From NCBI GenBank assembly GCA_030167145.1, contig CP126532.1, positions 2,130,001-2,162,000 on the forward strand: a DNA stretch of 32,000 bases. Reading direction: 5' to 3'. Under the pieces are notes generated by a model. It was not told the origin of the DNA, did no database searches, and was given only the letters and a program-made list of their open reading frames with translations. This document shows positions 1 to 7,792 of the stretch, in pieces; the first letter of the stretch is position 1; each line of letters starts with the position of its first letter. This DNA comes from Ktedonobacterales bacterium. Lineage in GTDB: Bacteria > Chloroflexota > Ktedonobacteria > Ktedonobacterales > JADMIN01. Position numbers and translations under genes: made by a program.

Positions 1-201
1 TATCTGGGGGCGTATAAATCGCGAGCGCGTCGTCAATAGCGCGATCAACTCGGCTAGGACGTAATTGGTGGTTACAAGCTGACGTTTGCTGGCGATCAGT
101 TGCCGGTAATACGCCTCCATTGCATCATGATCCGCGCTGTTATGCACAAGTGGCTCGGCCCAGCCAGAGGTATCTACAAAGACACTACTCTGCGTGGGCA
201 T
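1..201 (-). CDS. vapC: PIN-domain toxin (VapC-like), N-terminal part only; gene continues past the left edge
   Basis: Absent from the ORF track because there is no stop in the window. Reading the minus strand from ATG (201-199) is open to nt 1: MPTQSSVFVDTSGWAEPLVHNSADHDAMEAYYRQLIASKRQLVTTNYVLAELIALLTTRSRFIRPQI. The FVDTS acidic motif and the NYVLxEL helix are PIN hallmarks. The ATG lies inside the last codons of the upstream antitoxin-like ORF (17-nt overlap). Confidence 0.7.
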   Translation of the reverse strand, partial: MPTQSSVFVDTSGWAEPLVHNSADHDAMEAYYRQLIASKRQLVTTNYVLAELIALLTTRSRFIRPQI

Positions 202-454
202 TCAGCGCCTCCTCTGCGATGGCTTCATCATGCTTCCGTATCGCGTCGGGACTTGTCAACTCGCCGGTGCCGAGGAACTCCGCGAGCGGGTCTTCGGCTG
301 GGTCATAATGGAATGTTTCGGGAGCCGGTTCCGCCTGCTCGCGCAGGGCAAGCGCCCAGGCCTGGATAAACTCTTCGGGCTTTTGGCCATGCTTTGCGGC
401 GTATACTTTGATTGTCTGATACACGTTGTCGGGGAGATAAATTGCGTGGCTCAT
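185..454 (-). CDS. Antitoxin-like small protein (VapB/RHH-like) paired with the PIN toxin
   Basis: ORF 185..475. The likely real start is ATG at 454 (MSHAIYLPDNVYQTIKVYAAKHG...), preceded by AGGAGA with a 6-nt spacer. N-terminal beta-strand/helix pattern (IYLPDxVYxxI) followed by an acidic tail. Stop overlaps the toxin start. Confidence 0.6.
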   Translation of the reverse strand: MSHAIYLPDNVYQTIKVYAAKHGQKPEEFIQAWALALREQAEPAPETFHYDPAEDPLAEFLGTGELTSPDAIRKHDEAIAEEALNAHAE

Positions 455-496
455 GTAAACTCTCCTGTCGGGCAATTGGTGTATGCTCGAAAGCCT

Positions 497-1183
497 TCAT
501 CTGCCGACATCACGACCTGGCTGGAGATAGATCTTGAGATCACTCCAAGGTATGCCCAGGTAATCCAATAGATGTCTCATTTTGTCACGGTTTTGGTTGC
601 TTTCTCCATGCCCATTAGCATAGAGATTCATAGAAATCCTGAGCGGAACTCGAAGGCCCGCAGAAGTATGCGAAAATCTAGTGTTGAGATTAGAGTTAAA
701 CTCCGGATTTTGAGGTAATAGCGCGAATTTTTCAGGATGCAGGGTATATAAATATTGGCACAAACTCTGGTACATTCGTACCCATGACTGAATACCTCTT
801 ACCGCGTGGCCGTGCAGGATGAAACCCAGGGGTTTTGTGCCATTGAAGTTTTCCTCCAGAGTATGGGGCTTGTAGCCATCTAGCTTTTGGACGATGCGCT
901 CATTGGATATGGGAGACGTCAGCTCTAAGGTAGCGGCCTGATCCATCTCCACATGCATATACTCTTGTATTAGAGTAGAGATCTCGGAAGAGAGTTTTTG
1001 GAAAGCATCGAGTTTCCCGCTATAAGCACCTAGACGTTCAGTGTTCTCTGTTCGCGATGAATTGCGAGCACCTATGGCGTGCTTTATGTCCTCGAACAAG
1101 TCTAGAAGACCCTCGTTCACGCTTTCGAGATCGCTCAGGATGCGCACGACATGCTCATTCTCGCTCACGAACCGCCTCCTCAT
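497..1183 (-). CDS. Hypothetical protein, no domain recognised; visibly AT-richer than all neighbours
   Basis: 228-aa ORF. ATG AGG AGG at 1183-1175 looks like an AGGAGG RBS 6 nt upstream of a GTG at 1168 (VSENEHVV...), so the true start may be 1168. N-terminal helical region plus a C-terminal alpha/beta-looking region. Composition differs from the flanking genes. Confidence 0.6.
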   Translation of the reverse strand: MRRRFVSENEHVVRILSDLESVNEGLLDLFEDIKHAIGARNSSRTENTERLGAYSGKLDAFQKLSSEISTLIQEYMHVEMDQAATLELTSPISNERIVQKLDGYKPHTLEENFNGTKPLGFILHGHAVRGIQSWVRMYQSLCQYLYTLHPEKFALLPQNPEFNSNLNTRFSHTSAGLRVPLRISMNLYANGHGESNQNRDKMRHLLDYLGIPWSDLKIYLQPGRDVGR

Positions 1184-1221
1184 TGTTCTAACAATAAAGT
1201 GCCTCCTTCATTATATCTCAA

Positions 1222-3009
1222 TTAGCCGTGGATTTCGATGACGATGGCGGAGATGTTGTCGTCGCCGCCGTTGGCGTTGGCGGCGGTGATGAGCTGGTCG
1301 CAGGCGTCCTGGGGGTTGGGGGTGTTGGTGAGGATGCGGGCGATCTCGTCGTCGCGAACCATCTCCCAGAGACCGTCGCAGCAGAGCAGCAGGCGCATGC
1401 CGGGGCGCAGTTTTTGCTCGAAGAGGTCAAATTTGAGGTCGGGGTCGTCGCCGAGGCTGCGGAAGATCTGATTGCGGTTGGGGTGGGTATAGCGTTCTTC
1501 TGGCTCAATGAAGCCACCGGCGACGAGTTGCTCGACGAGTGAGTGGTCGGTGGTGATGCGACGCAGTTCGCCGCCGTCGAAGACGTAGGCACGGCTGTCG
1601 CCAGCGTTGATGAGATAGGCGGTGTCACCGAAGAGCAGCGCGGCCACGAGGGTCGAACCCATGTCGGCGCCCGCCTTGTCGTTGGCTTCGCAGAGTGCGG
1701 CATTAGCGGCGCGGGCAGCGTCGTGGAGGGCGGACTTGAGCTGATCGGGGGTGGGGTCGGCGGCGGCGGCGAGATCCACCGCTGGCAGGGCGACGGCGCG
1801 CAGCACATCGGTGATGAGCAGCCGCGCGACGAGGCGGCTGGCATCCTGACCGTTGACGTGGCCGCCGAGGCCGTCGGCGACGGCAAAGAGGCCGAGCGCC
1901 TGATGCTGCGAATCGTTGACCACATCGAGTTGGGCGAGGGCGATGCTATCTTCGTTGTGGTCAGTCTTGCGGAGGCCGATGTCGCTGGCCGCTCCGGAGA
2001 CGTAACGCGCGCCATTCGGGAAAGCGGGAAGGTCGTCGGCACGTGGCATGACGCGATAGACGCGGCCACCTTCGATGACGACGCGCATACTGCTGCTGCC
2101 ATCGGGCGCGGGGGGCGCGGTCTTGAGTTGCTCGTAGGCCTTGACACGGGCGCTGGCAGCCTCGATGGAGTAGGCGGGATCGCCAGGGCGCTGGCGTCCG
2201 GCAGCGGCTTTGCGGACTCTGGTGGGCAGTTCATCGGTCGCGACGGGCGGAGTGGCGAGGACGCGCCGCTCGATCATGGTGTAGACGCCGGACATCATAT
2301 CAGCGCCACAGGAAGGGCAGAATTGCTCTGGCTGGGCGCTGGCCTCTGGATGTGTGCCGCAGGACCAGCAGCTTTCGTAGCCTTTCAGATCGCTGGCACG
2401 ATAGATGTTTTCGGCATCGGGATCGTCGCCGCCCGCGCTGAGCAGTTCTTCGACGCGCCACCGTTCGCCGACGATGGTTCCCACAGCCAGCGGCCAGGGG
2501 CGGTCGTCTTCCGCGCCAGCCGCGACTACTGGCGATTCAACGGTATCCACGTCGGCCCAATGGCCGTTGGCGGATTCCGCTGATGGGCTGGCGGGGGCAG
2601 CGGGAGTTTCAATCGCAGTCTCGGCTTCGGCAATGTCGGGTTCAGTGGCGGAAGGTGGGGCGGCAGGCGTTTCGATGGCGGGGGATTCGGGTTGGGTGGA
2701 CGCCTCGGTAATGTCGCTAGCGCCCGTGATCTCGATGGTGGCGGGCGCAGGGGGTTCCATAGGGGCGAGCGTGGCGACAGACGCGGGGAGGACGTCGGTG
2801 GTGGCAGGCGGGATGGTCTGCATGTCGTCTGGTTGGCGCGGAACACGCGGCGGACGTTTCACGCGGTTGGGTGATGTAGCGTTTTCGCTGGCATCTGGCT
2901 GTTGCTGGTGTGGCGCGACCGCATCCGATGGATCGGGCTGGGTTGTGCCGCAGACATTACAGAATCGGGCGCCAGGGCGCAGTTGCGCGCCACACTGTAT
3001 GCACTCCAC
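1222..3009 (-). CDS. PP2C-family Ser/Thr phosphatase with two N-terminal zinc-ribbon motifs and a Pro/Ala-rich linker
   Basis: ORF 1222..3051. GTG at 3009 is preceded by GGTGAGGAG with a 7-nt spacer, giving VECIQCGAQLRPGARFCNVCG. Second ribbon: CWSCG...FCPSCG. PP2C motifs: ADGLGGH, GDSRAYV, LLLCCDGLWEMV, NGGDDNISAIV. Confidence 0.85.
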   Translation of the reverse strand: MECIQCGAQLRPGARFCNVCGTTQPDPSDAVAPHQQQPDASENATSPNRVKRPPRVPRQPDDMQTIPPATTDVLPASVATLAPMEPPAPATIEITGASDITEASTQPESPAIETPAAPPSATEPDIAEAETAIETPAAPASPSAESANGHWADVDTVESPVVAAGAEDDRPWPLAVGTIVGERWRVEELLSAGGDDPDAENIYRASDLKGYESCWSCGTHPEASAQPEQFCPSCGADMMSGVYTMIERRVLATPPVATDELPTRVRKAAAGRQRPGDPAYSIEAASARVKAYEQLKTAPPAPDGSSSMRVVIEGGRVYRVMPRADDLPAFPNGARYVSGAASDIGLRKTDHNEDSIALAQLDVVNDSQHQALGLFAVADGLGGHVNGQDASRLVARLLITDVLRAVALPAVDLAAAADPTPDQLKSALHDAARAANAALCEANDKAGADMGSTLVAALLFGDTAYLINAGDSRAYVFDGGELRRITTDHSLVEQLVAGGFIEPEERYTHPNRNQIFRSLGDDPDLKFDLFEQKLRPGMRLLLCCDGLWEMVRDDEIARILTNTPNPQDACDQLITAANANGGDDNISAIVIEIHG

Positions 3010-3043
3010 GTGAAGACTCCTCACCAATCTATTATTGGCTGCC

Positions 3044-3066
3044 GGGCGCACGCCGTGCGCCCCTAC
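3044..3066. repeat. REP-like hairpin, type B: GGGCGCA-cgccg-TGCGCCC followed by CTAC
   Basis: 7-bp perfect stem with a 5-nt loop, in the kinase/phosphatase intergenic gap. Near-identical copies at 3793-3815 and 31278-31300. Confidence 0.8.
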
Positions 3067-3104
3067 GAACTATAACTATAGCGCACGATTTGCTCGTGGG
3101 TTGT

Positions 3105-4685
3105 CTAGCGGGCGGCCTTACGGAGCGCGAGCACCCGCTTGAGGGCGGCTTCGGCTTCGGGGTATTTAGAGCGCAGCGCGAGGGCGTCGCGCAAATCACC
3201 CTCCGCCTGGGCTAGCTGGCCTAGCTCGATGGTGACCAGGGCAAGCTGATAGCAGAGCGCGGGATCCTGACCGTCTAGTGCGCGCGCTCTGGTGAAGGCG
3301 ATCTGCGCGAGGTCGTAGCGGGCAGCGGCATAAGCGGCGCTGCCTTCGAGCTTGAGCGCTTCGAGGGTGGGGCGCAGACGCGCGGCCTCACCGAAGGCCT
3401 CGGCGGCGTCACTGAACTGGCCGAGCGCTTGCAATGAACGGCCAAGCAGCATATAGATGTCGCAATCGCCTGCGTTGAGTGCGATGGCTGAGCGGCACTG
3501 GTGTACCGCCGGGCCGTAGCGCCGCGCGGCGTAGGCTTCGTTGGCGAGTTGGATGCTGAGGGTGGCGGTGGTGGCGCGGGTGACGGGAGCACGCATCACG
3601 ACAGGCGCGACGGGCACATGCGGGACCGCGCCCGCGACGAGGGGCGTGCCATCGTGGGCGCAGAAGCGCGCAGTGGGGCGGTTGCGATGGCCGCAACGTG
3701 GGCAGACCGTAACGGCGGGCGCTTTCGCGGCGGGTGACGGAGATGGCGACGCAGCAGGGCGAGGCGCGGGCGCGGGAGGGCGAGACGCGGGAGGGCGCAC
3801 GCCATGCGCCCCTACACCGCTGGATGTGGAGACGGGCTTGGATGCGCGTTGCGGGGCCGGTGGAGCGAGCAGGGCGAGGCAGCGGGCGAGGGCGGCGCGC
3901 ATCTCGCTGGCGGATTGGAAACGATGGGCGGGGTCGAGGTCCATGGCGCGGATGACGGCGGCCTCGGTGGCTTCGCTGAGGGCGGGGGCGTAGCGGCGCA
4001 GGCCGCCGGGCATGGGGGTTTCGAGCGGGGCTGGCTCGTGATGGGTGAGCAGGTGGTACATGGTTGCGCCGAGGCTATAGATGTCGGAGAGGGCATTGGT
4101 CTGGGTGCGGCCCAGGTGTTCGGGAGAGGCGTAGGTCATGGTGCCGAGGTTTTCGGTGTTGCTGAGCTGGCCGGGCTTGTAGGTGCGGGCGATGCCGAGG
4201 TCTATCAGGCGCACATTGCCGTCGGGCGTAATCATGATGTTGCCGGGCTTGAGGTCGCGCATGATGATTGGCGGCTTCTGCCCATGGAGGTAGGCGAGCG
4301 CATCGCAGATGCCGATCATCCAGCGGAGCACGTCGCGCTCTGGCAGGGGGGCGCTGGTGGCGGCGAGACGTTCTTCGAGGGTGCTGCCGGGGATGAACTC
4401 CATGACGAAGAAGCGCTTGCCGCCGTCGGTGAAGTCGTCGTGATAGGTGGGCAGCAGGGGATGATGTAGGCGCTTCATGAGCGCGATCTCGTCATCGAAG
4501 CGCTTCTTGGCCTGCTCGACCTCATCGGGCGGGGCGGTGAGGTCGTCGAGCAGTTCTTTCATGGCCCAAGGGACGCCAGGGCGGCGGGTGTCTTCAACCT
4601 GATAGACGCTGCCCATGCCGCCTTCGCCCAGCCGCGCGAGTATGCGATAGCGGCCTTTGAGCATGGCGCCGAGTGGCAGGCCCAT
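3105..4685 (-). CDS. Ser/Thr protein kinase with central zinc-ribbon and C-terminal TPR repeats
   Basis: Kinase motifs: GEGGMGSVY (G-loop), WAMKEL (catalytic Lys), MRDLKPGNIM (catalytic loop), DLGIA, ASPEH. Pro-rich linker, CPRCGHRNRPTARFCAHDG ribbon and TPR-like helices (AYAARRYGPAVHQCRSAIALN...). Confidence 0.9.
   Translation of the reverse strand: MGLPLGAMLKGRYRILARLGEGGMGSVYQVEDTRRPGVPWAMKELLDDLTAPPDEVEQAKKRFDDEIALMKRLHHPLLPTYHDDFTDGGKRFFVMEFIPGSTLEERLAATSAPLPERDVLRWMIGICDALAYLHGQKPPIIMRDLKPGNIMITPDGNVRLIDLGIARTYKPGQLSNTENLGTMTYASPEHLGRTQTNALSDIYSLGATMYHLLTHHEPAPLETPMPGGLRRYAPALSEATEAAVIRAMDLDPAHRFQSASEMRAALARCLALLAPPAPQRASKPVSTSSGVGAHGVRPPASRPPAPAPRPAASPSPSPAAKAPAVTVCPRCGHRNRPTARFCAHDGTPLVAGAVPHVPVAPVVMRAPVTRATTATLSIQLANEAYAARRYGPAVHQCRSAIALNAGDCDIYMLLGRSLQALGQFSDAAEAFGEAARLRPTLEALKLEGSAAYAAARYDLAQIAFTRARALDGQDPALCYQLALVTIELGQLAQAEGDLRDALALRSKYPEAEAALKRVLALRKAAR
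3793..3815. repeat. REP-like hairpin type B copy located inside the kinase coding sequence
   Basis: GGGCGCA-cgcca-TGCGCCC-CTAC. The 26-nt string ggagggcgcacgccatgcgcccctac at 3790-3815 is identical to 31275-31300. On the coding strand it is translated as GAHGVRP within the low-complexity linker. Confidence 0.8.
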
Positions 4686-4696
4686 TGAAGCCCGCC

Positions 4697-5593
4697 CTAA
4701 CTCTCGACGCAGCGCGCCACGACGGCGGTGATGTTGTCTTCGCCGCCGTTCTCGTTCGCGCGCTGGACTAGCAGATCACAGGCCTCGACGGGGTCGGAAA
4801 CCTCGCGGAGAATGCTCTCCATCTGTTCGTCGCGGACCATCTCCCAGAGACCGTCGCAGCAGAGCAGCAGGGCGTCGCCGGGCTGGAGCCGCTCGGTGAA
4901 GATGTCTACCTCGACCTCGGAGCGGCTGGCGCCAAGCGAGCGGTAGATGAGGTTGCGATTGGGATGATCGTAGACATCGTCGCGGTCAATTTGTCCAGCT
5001 TCGACGAGGCGCTCGACGAGGGAGTGGTCTATGGTGATGCGGGTGAGTTTGTCGTTGCGGAAGAGATAGGTGCGGCTGTCGCCGACGTTGGCAATGAAGG
5101 CTTGATCGCCAATGACGAGAGCGGCGGTGACAGTGGAGCCAAGGCCTTTGGCATCGGAGTGTTTGCGGCCATAGGCGACGATCTGTTCGCTGCTCTTTTC
5201 GACGGCGTCGCGCAGTTTGTCGGTGTAATGATCGAGGACGACAGAGGTGGCGAGCCGCTGGGTGACGGCGCCCTGGTCACTTGGGGTGGGGGGGTCCTCA
5301 GTGGCGGGCTGAGAATCGGAGGCGGCGCGCTCGCGTTTGGATTTCTTGCCGAGGCGCACGGTGGGCTGATCGCTGGGTGGCGCGAGGAGCTTTTGTAGCT
5401 CCTGGGATATGGTATCCACAGCGATTTTGCTGGCGACCTCACCGGCGTGGTAGCCGCCCATGCCATCGGCGACGATCAGAATGGCGGCGACATGCTCGTC
5501 GCTGGAGACGACGTGGGTGTAGCAGTTGTCTTCGTTCTGCTCGCGCTGCAAGCCGGGATCGGTCTTGCAGGCGGCAATGAGGTGCAGCGGCAT
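4697..5593 (-). CDS. PP2C-family Ser/Thr phosphatase (Stp-like)
   Basis: ORF 4697..5668. The likely start is ATG at 5593 (MPLHLIAACKTDPGLQREQNEDN), preceded by GGGAGGG. Motifs: ADGMGGYHAGEVAS, GDSRTYL, LLLCCDGLWEMV, NGGEDNITAVV. The stop is 11 nt upstream of the kinase start. Confidence 0.85.
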   Translation of the reverse strand: MPLHLIAACKTDPGLQREQNEDNCYTHVVSSDEHVAAILIVADGMGGYHAGEVASKIAVDTISQELQKLLAPPSDQPTVRLGKKSKRERAASDSQPATEDPPTPSDQGAVTQRLATSVVLDHYTDKLRDAVEKSSEQIVAYGRKHSDAKGLGSTVTAALVIGDQAFIANVGDSRTYLFRNDKLTRITIDHSLVERLVEAGQIDRDDVYDHPNRNLIYRSLGASRSEVEVDIFTERLQPGDALLLCCDGLWEMVRDEQMESILREVSDPVEACDLLVQRANENGGEDNITAVVARCVES

Positions 5594-5828
5594 GCCGCCC
5601 TCCCTCTTCCTCAGTATGATGAACCACATGGGCGCTGTGCGCTCGACGTGGTGGATGCCACATTGCACGGCACTATATCACCGCCTGGGCGAGCGCGCAA
5701 CCCAGAAGGGTGGACCCACGACGGTATCTGACGATATCTCATGTACGCGCCCACACGAGGTGGGTTACACGGGTGAGCTAGAGGGCTATCCACCGGTGTT
5801 CGCCGGAGTTCGTCAACGTCGCTTGCCA

Positions 5829-5865
5829 ACGAAGAAAGGCAGAGACGTGGTACGCCTCTGCCTCG
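5829..5865 (-). terminator. Intrinsic terminator downstream of rpmA
   Basis: 8-bp stem AGGCAGAG (5837-5844) / CTCTGCCT (5856-5863). On the minus strand it is followed by TTCTTCGTT. It sits 30 nt after the rpmA stop. Confidence 0.6.
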
Positions 5866-5892
5866 CTGCTGGTGCGCTGATGCCGGTGGCGG

Positions 5893-6177
5893 CTAGGCGC
5901 TGGCTTCGGCGGGGACTGCGACGACTACCGGGCGGATGCTGACGCGCTTTTTGGTGCGGCTTTCCCACTCGAACTTGACGGTGCCCTCGGCGGTGGCGAA
6001 GAGGGTATGGTCGCGTCCGACGCCGACGTTGACGCCAGGGTTGATTTTGGTGCCGCGCTGGCGCACGATGATGGTGCCGGAATGCACGAACTGGCCATCG
6101 TAGCGCTTGACGCCAAGCATCTTGGGCTTGCTGTCGCGGCCATTACGGGAACTGCCTACGCCTTTTTTATGGGCCAT
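5893..6177 (-). CDS. rpmA: 50S ribosomal protein L27
   Basis: [61 protein letters not shown]... is a canonical L27. It starts directly at the mature AHKK N-terminus, with no propeptide. Confidence 0.97.
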   Translation of the reverse strand: MAHKKGVGSSRNGRDSKPKMLGVKRYDGQFVHSGTIIVRQRGTKINPGVNVGVGRDHTLFATAEGTVKFEWESRTKKRVSIRPVVVAVPAEASA

Positions 6178-6239
6178 GGTCTTTCGTCCTTCGGGCTAGG
6201 GCGTCCGCGTTGAGGCGGGCGCACGCCGCTTATTTCTCG

Positions 6240-6776
6240 TTATTTCTTGGCGGGCTTGCTCTTTTTGCCGGTATCGGCGGCGGGTATGCTGCCACCGGTC
6301 TCGATCTCGTCTTCGTCGCGGGCGACGGCGGTGTCATCGCCCAGGGCTTCGTCGAAGGCGAGGGCCGCGACGGCGGGGGCGATGCTGTTCTGGTAGCGTG
6401 CGAAGGCGCGGGCGGCCTGGCGCTCGTAGCGCTGGCGCTCGTCGTCGGCGATGAGGCTTTTGCCTTCGGCCTGGATGTCGGTTATCAGCAGGTACTGGTA
6501 ATCCTGGCGGTGGCCGGTGGTGCGGCGATAGCGCTTCTTGGACTTGTATTTGAAGACGATGATTTTTTCGCCACGGCCTTCGCGGGCGATGGTGCCGACG
6601 ACTTTGGCGCCGGGAACCGTGGGCTGGCCGATGAGGGTGTTGCCATCAGCAGAGACGAGCAGGACGCGATCGAGCGCGACCGAAGTTCCTGGCTCGGCTG
6701 AGAGCAGCTCCACCTCGACGGTCTGCCCGGGGCTGACGCGATATTGCTTGCCCCCCGTCTCGATCACTGCGTACAT
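6240..6776 (-). CDS. rplU: 50S ribosomal protein L21 with a roughly 75-aa C-terminal extension
   Basis: MYAVIETGGKQYRVSPGQTVEVELL...GRGEKIIVFKYKSKKRYRRTTGHRQDYQYLLITDI is a canonical L21 (about 103 aa). It is followed by a charged extension ending in KKSKPAKK. Confidence 0.95.
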   Translation of the reverse strand: MYAVIETGGKQYRVSPGQTVEVELLSAEPGTSVALDRVLLVSADGNTLIGQPTVPGAKVVGTIAREGRGEKIIVFKYKSKKRYRRTTGHRQDYQYLLITDIQAEGKSLIADDERQRYERQAARAFARYQNSIAPAVAALAFDEALGDDTAVARDEDEIETGGSIPAADTGKKSKPAKK

Positions 6777-6920
6777 GGTGTGCGTAACTCCTGAGGGCGC
6801 CCGCTGACCTGATGGCTGTCAATCGCGTGCGGCGCTGATCCTTTGGGGGCGCGCACGTTGCGAAGCAGCGAGGAGTGTGGCGGGCACGATGTAGCATCTT
6901 CTGCGAAACACAGCCTAAAG

Positions 6921-6949
6921 AGCATACCATTATGGCGGTGTGGTGTCAA
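6921..6949 (-). promoter_or_regulatory. Sigma-70-type promoter for rplU-rpmA (TTGACA-N17-TATGCT)
   Basis: Minus strand: TTGACA (6949-6944), a 17-nt spacer, TATGCT (6926-6921). This implies a leader of roughly 135 nt before the rplU ATG. Confidence 0.55.
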
Positions 6950-6976
6950 GCATGATGACAGGTTGGGACGTTTGGA

Positions 6977-7053
6977 CCTCTCCCCCGGCCCCTCCCCGCC
7001 TCGGAACGGCTCGGCGGGGCTTCGCGTTGCTCGCCCTACGAGGAGAGGGGAGA
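6977..7053. repeat. Nested inverted-repeat element (MITE/REP-like)
   Basis: Outer arms TCTCCCC (6979-6985) / GGGGAGA (7047-7053). Inner arms CCCCGCC (6994-7000) / GGCGGGG (7013-7019). Contains a CGCCCTAC tail (7032-7039) like the other hairpin repeats. Confidence 0.55.
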
Positions 7054-7202
7054 TACGTGGACGAAGGGAAGCGGCGGAGGGCGGGATGGGTGGTGTAGGA
7101 GGCTCGCGGTATGAATGCCGAAGGTAATCCTGTGCGAGCAGTGGCCGCAGTTGCCAGCGAGACGCTGGCGGTACAGGCGTCGGTGGCCGATGTGGCCGCA
7201 AT

Positions 7203-7226
7203 GGCAGACAGGAATGTCTGCCCCAC
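7203..7226. repeat. REP-like hairpin, type A: GGCAGACA-ggaa-TGTCTGCC followed by CCAC
   Basis: Perfect 8-bp stem with a 4-nt loop. Related copies at 7769-7792 and 31241-31264. Confidence 0.8.
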
Positions 7227-7230
7227 TGAT

Positions 7231-7355
7231 GGCAATGGCCGAAATGGCCGCTTTTGGCAATGGCCGAAATGGCCGCTTTCGGCAATGGCCGAAATGGCCG
7301 CTTTCGGCAATGGCCGAAATGGCCGCTTTCGGCAATGGCCGAAATGGCCGCTTTC
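7231..7355. repeat. Perfect tandem repeat, 5 x 25 bp (GGCAATGGCCGAAATGGCCGCTTTC)
   Basis: Units at 7231, 7256, 7281, 7306 and 7331. Units 2-5 are identical and unit 1 differs by one base (T for C at its last position). Each unit contains the complementary arms GCCGAAA and TTTCGGC. Confidence 0.95.
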
Positions 7356-7768
7356 GCATGACGGCAGTTGCCGATTCTGCCGATTTTCGCGGTGGCGTGG
7401 GGGTGAATGGCGGGATGTGACGGGATATAGGTGGAGATTTTTCGCCGTTTTCGCCGCAGATTCGTGTGGCCGATGTGGCCGATGTGCATATTTTTCGCCG
7501 TTTTCGCCGCAGATGTGAGTTGCCGATTCTGCCGATTTTTGGAGTCGCATCATGGACACGGTTGCCGAAATGGCCGATTTTGCAGAGTGTGCAGTTGCCG
7601 CTGTGGCCGATATTGACCAGATCTCGGCCATACACGGCCGAAGCACGGCAGAGATGGCATAAATGCCGGGGGAGCACTGCGGCCGGTGTGGCCGCCATAT
7701 GAGTTGCCGATGCTGCCGATTTCTTGATGTGTGTGTGGCGCGGTAGCCGATGCTGCCGATTCTTGCAT

Positions 7769-7792
7769 GACAGACAGGAATGTCTGCCCCAC
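7769..7792. repeat. REP-like hairpin type A, second copy
   Basis: gaCAGACAggaaTGTCTGccccacc: 6-bp perfect stem, with the same loop and tail as 7203-7226. Confidence 0.75.

Noticed and set aside
1218-2583. 338-aa minus-strand and 346-aa plus-strand ORFs overlapping the PP2C gene
   Set aside because: These are alternative-frame or antisense ORFs with Pro/Ser/Thr/Ala or Gly/Ala/Val low-complexity products. The PP2C frame has all the catalytic motifs.
7231-7355. Possible CRISPR array
   Set aside because: The 25-bp units are directly contiguous with no spacers, and no cas genes are in the window. This is a plain tandem repeat.
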